Shown here: piece by piece, positions 1 through 9,423 of the stretch
How positions within the stretch are numbered: position 1 is the first letter of the stretch
How the letters are laid out: every line of letters begins with the position of its first letter
From: Octopus bimaculoides
Lineage: Eukaryota
Length of the DNA stretch: 33,133 nucleotides
Assembly: GCF_001194135.2 (NCBI RefSeq)
Contig: NC_068983.1
Location: 5,284,126-5,317,258 of the forward strand
Reading direction: 5' to 3'
The notes under the pieces: model-generated
What the model was told of the DNA's origin: nothing
Database searches by the model: none
What the model saw: only the letters and a program-made list of their open reading frames with translations
Translations under genes and position numbers: made by a program

Positions 1-42
<42 letters not shown>
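1..42. repeat. (AT)n microsatellite
   Basis: Pure AT dinucleotide run at the window start. Confidence 0.98.
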
Positions 43-44
<2 letters not shown>

Positions 45-210
45 CATGGATAAATTAAGAATGGAGTCAGATGCAGGTGTTATTCAAATCATTTATACTT
101 CCAGCATATGTTTCGGAAAAAGCATTGCTACTCTGGTAACTATTTATTTATGTATTTTTTCCTTGTTATTCGTACACATTGAAAAAATAATTTGGAAAAA
201 ACAAATTTAC

Positions 211-296
211 AAATCAATCAAGTACAACCCTTTAGCATTACATGCATCTGCATATCGTTCCTTGGGGTCTTCTTTATCATATATTTCTATATTTAT
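211..296 (-). CDS. Candidate exon of an unidentified gene (INIEIYDKEDPKERYADACNAKG...)
   Basis: T-rich acceptor tattttgtatatttctag; only one frame is open; possible donors after 229 (GG|gttgta) or 211 (TT|gtaaat). No homology recognised. Confidence 0.25.
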
Positions 297-607
297 CTAG
301 AAATATACAAAATAAATAATATAAATCATTAATAATTCAGTTTTGAGGATTAATAGATATGTGGGTATTCTATTTCAGATCATACAAAAAAATAACCTAA
401 TGAGTATATCTGAAGGTAGACTTGTGGTATCTATTTGCACATCATGAAATAATCCTTTAAAGGATATAACCCGTATACTAGCAGGGTATAAAATATACTT
501 TCTTAATTATCTCCTACTTAAGTTAAAATTATAATTATCAATTACGAAGGAACTACACGTGTTTCAGTATTGGAAGATTATGAAATATATATACATCTAT
601 ATATATA

Positions 608-737
608 TACAAAATTAAGAGGAATGAATACTAAAGTGGACACCTAATATGCTAAAAATAGACGTCAAATCACCATTACCATGAAGAGTGTGTTCTATTA
701 GGTATCCACTTTAGTGGTCATTCCTCTTAATTTTGTA
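608..737. repeat. Inverted repeat, 42-bp arms, 46-nt spacer
   Basis: 608-649 versus the reverse complement of 696-737 matches at 39/42. Confidence 0.92.
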
Positions 738-1015
738 TGTAGCACAATTTTTAATCTTCAGATTTTTTAAATATGCTAGGCCACTGGTTTTACTTGATTA
801 ATATCAATTTCTACCCTTATTATTTAATTTATGTATATATATATATAAAAGATATATATATATAAAAGATATATATATATAAAAGAATACACAAAAATGG
901 GACAAGAACGCAAAACATCCAGACAGTTAGAGGATACAAAACAGGGACAAGAAAAAACAAGGACAGATCTTTCGGAGTTTTCTTTTGTCAGTCGAGTTCC
1001 AGATTATCTTTAAAG

Positions 1016-1255
1016 CTGAAGGTGCATGGCCTAGTGGTTAGGGTGTTTCACTGGACTGAGTGGCATGTGTTTTTGAAAAAACATTTCATGCTGCCCCAGT
1101 CCACTCAGCTGTAAATGGATGACCCTATGATGGGGGAACCTTCAAATCAAAGGGAACGTTGGCCTGGTTCCCTACCCATCATTTGAAAGCTAAGAAATGA
1201 TGCAAAGCGCATTGTGACCAGCAATGTATAACAACATCTGATAGTCTGGTTGATC
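1016..1255 (+). mobile_element. tRNA-headed SINE, degraded (family C-like head)
   Basis: A-box-like GGTGCATGGCCTAGTGGTTAGGG and CAGTCCACTCAGCTG core shared with 18175-18500. Confidence 0.65.
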
Positions 1256-1273
1256 ATGTGATCATGTGATATA

Positions 1274-2167
1274 TGAGGTCTGATCAATAAGTATCCGGAC
1301 TGTTGCCATAGTAACGAAGCTAAAGCATGCAGAGTGAAGCTGCTTGGCATAAATTGACCTTGAACTCTGCTGTGCATGTGCACAAAGTTTTAACGTTCTA
1401 GCTCACTTCTGCTGTTGACAGCAATGCTTGGAAGGAAAGTGTGTAGCATGTGATCATTGCATACTATGATAAAGAACGTTGTCATGGCGATACCTGCTCA
1501 GAAGCCAATGCAAAGTTGCAGAAAATATATCGAGAGGTGTGTATGAGTCACACAGAAGTGTATGAGTGGTTCAGACGTTTCCAAGATGGCCAAAAATATG
1601 TCAATATTGACAAACGTTCTGAGAGACCTGCAGCCAGCAGAACTAAGACAAACATCACAGATGCGCGTGTAGCTGTGAGGGGAAAATCGTTGAATCACCA
1701 TCTGTGAGTTATTAGAGAGTGTGCAGATTAGTTATGGTTCAGTTCAGTCCATTATCACAGAAGATTTGGGTATGAGACGTGTGTCTGCCAAGTTTGTGCC
1801 AAAACTGCTTTCAGCTGACCAAGAAGACACTTGGGTTTCAGTTGCACAAGATCTCCTTGATTGTATCAAGAATGATGAAAATTTTTTAAAAGCTTTGTGT
1901 AAGCCTCAGAGCAGGTATCTCCAAGCTTTTGGCAAAATTTGATGCAGATTCTCTACTAAACTTTCACTGTCATGGTCAATGCGATGATCACACACTACAC
2001 ACCTTCCTTCCAAGCACTGCTGTAAACAGCAGAAGTGAGCTACAACATTAAGACTTAATTCGCATGCACAGCAGAGTTTAAGGTCAATCTTTGCAATGCG
2101 GCTTCACTCTGAGCGCTTTAGCTTCGTTACCATGGCAACAGTCCGGATACTTATTGATCAGACCACG
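1274..2167 (+). mobile_element. Non-autonomous mariner derivative with two 5' ends
   Basis: TA at 1272-1273 and 2168-2169; terminal 52 nt match 50/52 as inverted repeats; inverted similarity extends about 240-280 bp inward. Confidence 0.93.
1450..1892 (+). pseudogene. Mariner transposase N-terminal half, frameshifted, no catalytic domain
   Basis: VYEWFRRFQDG...RSERP and ISYGSVQSIITEDLGMRRVSAKFVPKLL match the mariner HTH regions and the WVPHEL-equivalent motif. Confidence 0.9.
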
Positions 2168-2184
2168 TATATATTGTAACCATT

Positions 2185-2375
2185 ACCATTCATTTAATGT
2201 TTGCTTTTCCATGCTTGAATGGCTCTGATGGAATTGAGTGAGACGGGTTTTTCTAGGCAAAGTATTATTTCTTGAAGACCAGACATGTTTTTCACAGAAG
2301 ACTGGAAATGGATACAACCACTTTTATGACAGCGATGTTTGTTTACGACCATATCATGTGATGTCTACATTAAGA
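2185..2375 (-). mobile_element. SINE fragment with RTE-like tail (family D variant)
   Basis: CATTTAATGTTTGCTTTTCCATGCTTG tail; body resembles 8225-8425 and 26878-27105. Confidence 0.7.
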
Positions 2376-2481
2376 TACACACAAACACACACACACACAC
2401 ACACATACACACACACAAACACTTGCATGTACAGACACACATATACACATACACACACAATGATAACAATAATTCTAGGAT

Positions 2482-2843
2482 GAATTTTATAAATATTTAA
2501 TACATCGCTACGTGTGTTTCCACAAATCACTTGACTTTAACATCAGAGTCCGTATCCGTGGGATGAGCACAGTATAGACCGTAGTATCCATGGGTATCCA
2601 GTTGATCATCATCATTAATTCATTTAGATTGGCCCTCATCCGGGCAAGAAGGGATAAACGTCCCTCTGTGATTCCTCCAATAATGCGGTATCGCCTGATG
2701 AAACAAACCAATGATGATGATCAACCGGATATCCATGGATACTATGGATCATACTGTAAGCATGCCAAGGATCAGGACTTTGATGTTAAAGTCATGTGAT
2801 TTGTGGAAATGGGTATCCTGATGTATTAAATATTCATAAATTC
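2482..2843. repeat. Foldback element with ~135-bp arms (MITE-like)
   Basis: 2517-2616 versus the reverse complement of 2710-2809 matches 85/100 without gaps; outer arms 2482-2506 and 2820-2843; 93-nt spacer. Confidence 0.92.
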
Positions 2844-2899
2844 TGAGGAGACCTATTGAGTCAAAGACATCAAAAGCAAATTGGAAATTGTAGTTGTGA

Positions 2900-3153
2900 T
2901 CCCCTGCCAGTGGCATGTAAAAAGCACCATCTGAATGTGGCCGATGCCAGCTCCCTCTGGCCTCTTGTGCTGGTGGCATGTAAAAAGCACCCACTACACT
3001 CTTGGAGTGGTTGGCGTTAGGAAGGGCATCCAGCTGTAGAAACGCTGCCAGATCAGATTGGAGCCTGATGCAGCCTCCTAGCTCCCAGACTCAAGTCAAA
3101 CCGTCCAACCCATGCCAGCTTGGAAAATGGATGTTAAGCGATGATGATGATGA
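2900..3153 (+). mobile_element. SINE family D (GGCACGTAAAAAGCACC modules, CCAACCCATGCCAGC...(GAT)n tail)
   Basis: Two modules, GTGGTTGGCGTTAGGAAGGGCATCCAGCTGTAG body and (GAT)n tail; many copies in the window. Confidence 0.9.
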
Positions 3154-3275
3154 TTCTAGACCAAATAGGACCAAATGTTGCAAATCATGCGCATTGCCGA
3201 ACGGACAAGGATATTTAAGAGTCCTTCGACTCAGTGACCATCCTTAACTCCAGAATGGAAGTCTTTGGACCCTAC

Positions 3276-3318
3276 TTGCACTTCAGGAAATTCTTGCTGG
3301 TGTCCTGGGATACACACC
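3276..3318 (-). CDS. Candidate 43-nt exon (VCIPGHQQEFPEVQ)
   Basis: Acceptor ttgacttttttag, donor CAA|gtaggg; phases join 6689-6635 to the exon starting at 296. No homology recognised. Confidence 0.25.
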
Positions 3319-3524
3319 CTAAAAAAGTCAATTATGAATAACAACCGAAGGAAGGCAATCCTTTGTTGTTGACAGTAACAAAATTTTTTCCTCCTCCATT
3401 TTCTAGAGTTTTATTCTATCTTTTTTATACCATTGACGTTTCATTGCTATAGAGAAGAACAGAGAAATATATTGAACTGTAGCTGGTCATTTTGGATTTT
3501 ACGACAATCTTTACCTTCTGTCTT

Positions 3525-4097
3525 TCTCATGTTTTAGACATTAGACTGTGGCCATACTGGGGCAATACCTTGAAGAATTTTTAGGTGAATGAATCAAACC
3601 CTAGTATTTCTTTTTTCCTTTTGCTAAATCATTAAGTTATGGGGATGCAAACACACCAACTCTGGTTGTCAAGCAGTTGTGATGGTGATAGTCAAACACA
3701 AAGCTACACACACAAACACACATATACAACAGGCTTCTTTCAGTTTCCATTTACCAAATCCACTCACAAGGCTTTGGTTGCCTCCAGTTCCCAACGTTTT
3801 TGCATTCGCGACCCCTTACCGTTAAGCTTGGAACCCATGCAACCCCCTTCTATTAGCAGATTGATTTACATTTTAATTAATTAATATTATCCCTAGCCAC
3901 TCCTAACAAGGCTACACAACCCCCACCTTGCCACGGCTTCACAACCCTCCCACCTCCCAGTGGGGTGGTGGTCATAAACCACCGGTTAGGAACCCCTGCT
4001 ATAGAAGAAGACACTTGCCCAAGGTGCCATGCAGTGGGATTGAACCCAGACCCATGTGCTTGGGAAGCAAGCTTCTTACCACACGGCCATGGCTGCA
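3525..4097 (-). mobile_element. tRNA-derived SINE family A, interrupted by a MITE
   Basis: On the minus strand: A/B-box-like head (TGGCCGTGTGGT, GGTTCAATCCC), CCTTGGGCAAGTGTCTT core and the family 3' part. Confidence 0.9.
3785..3998. mobile_element. hAT (Charlie/MER5-type) MITE inserted in a SINE
   Basis: Right end GGTTAGGAACCCCTG, eroded left end CAGTTCCCAAC; the SINE resumes at CTATAG at 3999. Confidence 0.6.
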
Positions 4098-4449
4098 GCC
4101 ATATTTCTTTCTATTTTCCTCTTTACTTTCCAAATGTTGGCAAGTCTACGGAATAGTGAATTGGTTTTTCCAAGCCTGGCGTTGGCATCCAATGTCATTG
4201 CTGCCATCTACATATATCTTCCACCTCGGGGAAATGTCACACACATACACACACTAACAAAAATACACACTTGTTCACTTACACACAAAAATAAGAAAAA
4301 TCTAAAATGTATAAATTCTCTAATACAATACACACACACACACACACACACACCTACAAACACACACGCATACACATGCATGGCTTCTCTCTTCTTCAGC
4401 TCCTTTTCTCTGTTGTTTATAGAAGGAAAGCTAAGTATATTTGTGATGC

Positions 4450-4483
<34 letters not shown>

Positions 4484-4569
4484 TACACACACACACATAC
4501 ACACACATGTATCTATATTTCCCAGTTTCATAAGAATTGAAATACAAAATGCTGAGATAAATCTCCATC

Positions 4570-4624
4570 CAGAACTGTTCTTCTTTTCTTTCATTCCTTT
4601 CTTTCTTTCTTTCTTCTTTTCTTC

Positions 4625-4701
<77 letters not shown>

Positions 4702-4903
4702 TTTCTTTTTCTTTCTTCCTTTTTCTTCATTTGTTCCTTTCTTTATTTCTTTATTTCTTTCTTTCTTCCTTTCTTTTTCTTTCTTTCTTGCTTCCTTTCT
4801 TCTTTCCTTTCTTTATTTCTTTCTGCCTTCCTTCCTTTTTCTTCCTTCGTTCCTTTCTTTATTTCTTTATTTCTTTCTTTCTTTCTTTCTTTCTTCCTTC
4901 CAT

Positions 4904-4943
<40 letters not shown>

Positions 4944-5009
4944 TCATTCTTTTCTTTCATTTTTCATTCTTTTATTTCTTTCTTTTCTTTCTTTCTGTCT
5001 TCCTTCCAT

Positions 5010-5049
<40 letters not shown>

Positions 5050-5143
5050 TCATTCTTTTCTTTCATTCTTTCATTCTTTCTTTCTTTCTTTCTTTCTTTC
5101 TTTTCTTTCTTTCTTTCTTTCTTCCGTTCCTTCCTTCTTCCTA
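4570..5143. repeat. Degenerate (CTTT)n polypyrimidine tract
   Basis: About 570 nt almost entirely C/T. Confidence 0.97.
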
Positions 5144-5185
5144 GAAGAAATAAAGTAACAAAGAACATTCTCTTTAATGATATTC

Positions 5186-5333
5186 ACAGGCACAGGTACA
5201 GGTTGTGTGGTAACAAGCTCGCTTCCCAAACACATGTGAGATTCCTGGGTTCAATCCCACTGCATGGCACCTTGGACAAGTATCTTCTGCTATAGCCTCA
5301 GGCTGACCAAAGCCTTATGAGTAGATTTGATCA
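5186..5333 (+). mobile_element. SINE family A head
   Basis: TGTGTGGTAACAAGCTCGCTTCCC...GGGTTCAATCCCACTGCATGGCACCTTGG. Confidence 0.88.
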
Positions 5334-5419
5334 GCCCCAGGCTATAGTTCAGTAGGACTGAACCTAGAACCATGCGGGTTGGTTGGGAAGCAAATTTCTT
5401 ACCACACAGCCATGCCTGC
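5331..5419 (-). mobile_element. SINE family A head, inverted and internally deleted
   Basis: GGACTGAACCTAGAACCATG...CTTACCACACAGCCATGCC; lacks the AAGACACTTGCCCAAGGTGCC segment. Confidence 0.82.
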
Positions 5420-5930
5420 ATCATCATCATCATCATCATCATCATCATTTAACGTCTGCTTTCTTGGATAGTTGGACTGAAAACTGGTATGCTAGGGGTT
5501 GGGGGTGGGGGCTGCACCAGGTTCTGATCTGATTTGGCAAGGTTTCTACAGCCAGAGGCCCTTCCTAATGGTAACCTTATGAGTAGATTTGATCACTCTG
5601 AGAGCGTAGTGGGTGCTTTTTACATGCCACCGGCATGGGTGCCAATGACGTGATACTAGCATCAGCCATGACTGCGGTCTCAGTTGGCTTCACAGGTCTA
5701 CACAAGCATGGTATATCATCAAAGGCCTTGGTCACCTGTCACTGCCTCTGTGAGGCACATCGCTCAACCAGTGCTTTTTACATGCTACCGGCACAGGTGT
5801 CAGTCAAACAGCACTGGCATCGGCCCCGGGTTCAACAGATCTTTACAAGCACAGCATATCACCCAACAACTGAAGAGTGCTTTCAACAGGCCAGTTACGT
5901 GACACTGGCATCAGTCACAACTATGATCTC
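5420..5930 (-). mobile_element. SINE family D with extended modules
   Basis: (CAT)n tail, CCTTCCTAATG body, GTGCTTTTTACATGC cores at about 5613 and 5771. Confidence 0.85.
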
Positions 5931-6268
5931 ATCATCATCATCGTTTAACGTCCGTTTTCCATGCTGGCATGGGTTGGATGGTTCGACTGGGGTCTGGGAA
6001 GCCAGGAGGCTGCACCAGGGCCCCAGTCTGATCTGGCAGAGTTTCTACAGCTGGATGCCCTTCCTAATGCCAACCACTCTGAGAGTGCAGTGGGTGCTTT
6101 TTACATGCTACTGGCACAGGGGCCAAAGGGAGCTGGCATCGACCACCTTCGGATGCCGCTTTTTACATACCACTAGCACAGGAGCCAGTCAGGGTGAGGG
6201 GGCTGGCAATGACCACATTCAGACGGTGCTTTTTACATGCCACCGGCACAGGGAGTCAGTCAGCCGGG
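5931..6268 (-). mobile_element. SINE family D, three modules
   Basis: CATCGTTTAACGTCCGTTTTCCATGCTGGCATGGGTTGG tail; cores at about 6095, 6157 and 6226. Confidence 0.9.
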
Positions 6269-6372
6269 TCATATATATATATTAATGCTTGCTTTTTATG
6301 TCAACTTTCATATGAAAACAGTTTAGCATTAAGCTGAAGGATTACAAAATACTTTTTAGTAAAGTACACATG

Positions 6373-6425
<53 letters not shown>

Positions 6426-6634
6426 ATGTATTCCGAATGTGCAACTCATTCACTCTAGAGCTATTTTTATCTCCTCTGTTTCTCCCATGTTTCTCTGCTA
6501 TTTATTTTTATACACAGTCAGTAAAACATCATATCTTTTCAACATATGGCCTAGCATTTAGTTTATAAACCAATGTTTACAGATAACAACAACAATAATA
6601 CTCCGGAAGGTGCTAGAAAAATAAGAGGTGTTAC

Positions 6635-6689
6635 CTTAGTTCACTGGTAGTGAACAACTGACACCGTAGTACATCTCCAGCGTTAGAAG
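6635..6689 (-). CDS. Candidate 55-nt exon (SNAGDVLRCQLFTTSEL)
   Basis: Acceptor ttattgcctttgcacag, donor AAG|gtaaca; one frame is open across the exon (phase 1 to 2). No homology recognised. Confidence 0.28.
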
Positions 6690-6981
6690 CTGTGCAAAGG
6701 CAATAATAATAATAATGATAATAATAACTCTAACTGGGCCCCACCTGCAAGGTCATGTGCTGTTTATTTTGATATAAGATCTCCATGTTTGCGCACATAT
6801 GGCTGTGATGCATGTGCCTGGTGTACCCTTATCAGACGGGTAGTCATGATGGGTATAATGGGCTTTGTGTATTTGTACTCCAGTGTCACTTTGATGGCGT
6901 GCACTGCTCTCTCACTCAATAATGATAAAATGCCTTTTTTATTTACTACTGAGGGTTTACAAAAAATGTTGGGGACGATAT

Positions 6982-6983
<2 letters not shown>

Positions 6984-7030
<47 letters not shown>
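6984..7030. repeat. (GTA)n microsatellite
   Basis: Pure trinucleotide run. Confidence 0.97.
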
Positions 7031-7031
<1 letters not shown>

Positions 7032-7735
7032 ATACAGGTTGGATATCTAACAGAGGGAACATAACTCACATTACACACTCTAATAAAACTAAAGACCCAA
7101 GCCAAACCCCATAACAAAACAAACAGATGCAACACAACACCAGGAAGAGTTTTTACTCCCCCACAAAAAAATAGAAAAAAAAAGAACAATATTGCATTCA
7201 CCTTAGCAACACAGAGGTGTAGCAGGTGATGCAATCGGAATTTACCTGAAACTATCAAATGTCGAATAATAATAACAACAATAGTAATAATAATAATAAC
7301 AGCAACAACAACAACAACAATAATGATGATGATGATAATGCTTGGCCCACAATCTGTTCCTGAAGTGAAAGTTATGTTTCTGTCTTCAACAGCCTGTTTT
7401 GTAAAATTCTCTTTTGTTGTTGCTGTTGTTGTTGTTGCTACAATCTAAAAGCCAGGATGAAAACTTGGATTGTCGGTCGGTCAGTCGGTGGGTTGGATGG
7501 TTGGATGGTTGGTTGTAGCGGTTGATGCCTCTCACTTGCAAGATTTATTTCTTCACATTCCAGCATCAAAATAGCTCTGTTGTTATGACTCAAAGTTTAA
7601 CTTATTGAATCAAGGCAACAGTAAGGTAGGTGCTGGGAGCTTCCCTCCACCCGAGGTACAGGGAATGTTAAGAGGGTGTCAAGATGGTACTGAATATTTA
7701 AATGGATTGCAGCTTTTTTTTTTTTTTCTCTTCTT

Positions 7736-8200
7736 CTGATTGGCACTCGTGCCAGTGGAACATTAAAAGCACATCCGAGCGTGATCGTTGCCAGGGCCAC
7801 GGATTGGCTCCCGTGCCGGTGGCACATAAAAGGCACCATTCGTGTGTGATTGTTGCCAGCGTTGCCTTACTGACACATGTGCTGGTGGCACGTGAAAAAC
7901 AACATTCAAGCGTGGTTGTTGCCAGTGCCGCTGGACTGGCTCCCATGCAGGTAGCACGTAAAAAATACTTTTGAGTGTGGTCATTGCCAGTACCACCTGA
8001 CTGGCCCTCGTGTTGGTGGCACGTAAAAGCACCCACTACACTCTCAGAGTGGTTGGCATTAGGAAGGGCATCCAGCTGTAGAAACTCTGCCAGATCAGAG
8101 TGAGCCTGGTGCAGCCATCTGGTTCACCAGTCCTCAGTCAAATCGTCCAACCCATGCTAGCATGGAAAGCAGATGTTAAGCGACGATGATGATGATGAGG
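7736..8200 (+). mobile_element. SINE family D with five ~65-nt modules
   Basis: Unit starts at 7741, 7805, 7871, 7937 and 8002, followed by the standard body and (GAT)n tail. Confidence 0.9.
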
Positions 8201-8564
8201 TACATCATCATCATCATCATCATCATTATCATTTTAATGCTTTCTTTTCCCTGTTTGCATGAATCAAACAAGACTATGTTGAAATGGAATTGTTTTCTAT
8301 GGCTGGGTGCCCTTTCTGTTGTCAACCTCCATTTGTTTCCATGTGAGCTTATTATCTCCCAGTCTGTTGAACAACTATCAGCCCAGACATGTTTTTGTGG
8401 AGAACTGGAAAGAAGCAACACTATTTAAGGAGCCTTTTGCTTGCAAAGATTGGACAACATATCAAGATATGTCAGGAAACCTGGATGAAAGGCAAAATCG
8501 ACCTCGGCAGAATTTGAACCATCTTTTATTAATATTAATAAAAAAGAGAACTCTGGTGATGACA

Positions 8565-8780
8565 AAGTATCATGAGCTGGTAGAAACGTTGTCAAGCCAG
8601 GCAAAATGCTTAGCAATATTTCGTCTGTCTTTACATTCTGAGTTCAAATTTTGCCGAGGTTGACTTTGCCTTTCATCCTGTCGGGGTCGATAAATTAAGT
8701 ACCAGTTGCATACTGAGGTCGATCTAATTGACTGGCTCCCTACCCCAAAATTTTGGGCCTTGTGCCTAGAATAGAAAAGA
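8565..8780 (+). mobile_element. tRNA-derived SINE family B (Meta-domain-like)
   Basis: GAGCTGGTAGAAACG head, GAGTTCAAATT B box and GACTTTGCCTTTCATCC..GGGGTCGATAAATTAAGTACCAG central domain resembling the MetaSINE domain. Confidence 0.85.
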
Positions 8781-9088
8781 ATATATTAAGAGTTTTAAAA
8801 AGGCAGCGAGCTTTCATCCTTTCGTAGGGTCGATCTAATTGACTCTCCCACCCCCAAAAAAATTTTTATGTATCTCGGGAGGGTCATTCACACCAAGACT
8901 CTTGCAAATCAAAAAAGAGAACAAAATATTTTAATACTTATACAAATCTATCAGATATCTTGCAATCAAAAGATTAAAGATCAATAACGATTTATTTATT
9001 CATTTTTTTTTTTACAAAACCAAAACAAGTGAAAATATAACCCTATTGATTTCCCTGCTTCATGATTTTGTCGATGAGATTTACTGTC

Positions 9089-9104
9089 AGTAATAATAAT
9101 AATG

Positions 9105-9143
<39 letters not shown>
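9089..9143. repeat. (TAA)n microsatellite
   Basis: Trinucleotide run. Confidence 0.97.
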
Positions 9144-9197
9144 GAAATATCAATATCTCTAAGTCTCTCTAAAGGACACTACGGCAGCGGTACTGGA

Positions 9198-9423
9198 TAT
9201 TAATAGTTATCGCCAAGCTAACATGGCAGTCCCAAAAATAGGACGAATGCTGCCGTTGACTAGCTCCAAGAGGCCATCACCCCTAGCTAGCTGTGTGACA
9301 CATGACTAGTGTGTCACACTAGCTATGTGTCACATAGCTATCTAGAGGTGACGACCTCCTGGAGCTAATCAACGGCAGCATTCGTCCTATTTTTGGGACT
9401 GTCATGTTGGCTTGGCGATAACT

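Noticed and set aside
2695-2703. CTGATGA hammerhead core in the foldback spacer
   Set aside because: GAAA overlaps it directly with no room for stem II, and no stem I/III with a cleavage triplet can be built.
4056-5144. 362-aa ORF, the longest in the track
   Set aside because: It runs through a SINE head, (CA)n and (CTTT)n, which lack stop codons; the product is F/L/S low complexity.
5613-5640. Apparent compensatory change GTGCC/GGCAC to ATGCC/GGCAT in the module hairpin
   Set aside because: Both positions are CpG sites, so independent methyl-C deamination explains it without selection.
5635-6285. 216-aa ORF
   Set aside because: It lies within two family D SINE copies in antisense; no protein motif.
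6764-7258. 164-aa minus-strand ORF with poly-Thr
   Set aside because: The poly-Thr is the (GTA)n microsatellite; flanks show no recognisable domain or convincing splice structure.
7564-7620. Strong plus-strand acceptor and donor pair (ttcacattccag ... ACA|gtaagg)
   Set aside because: Stops in all three frames. It shows that good splice signals arise by chance here, though a non-coding exon is not excluded.
7741-8040. CRISPR-like look of the module array (also 10986-11149)
   Set aside because: The apparent spacers are homologous to each other, the arrays sit in SINEs, the DNA is eukaryotic and there are no cas genes.
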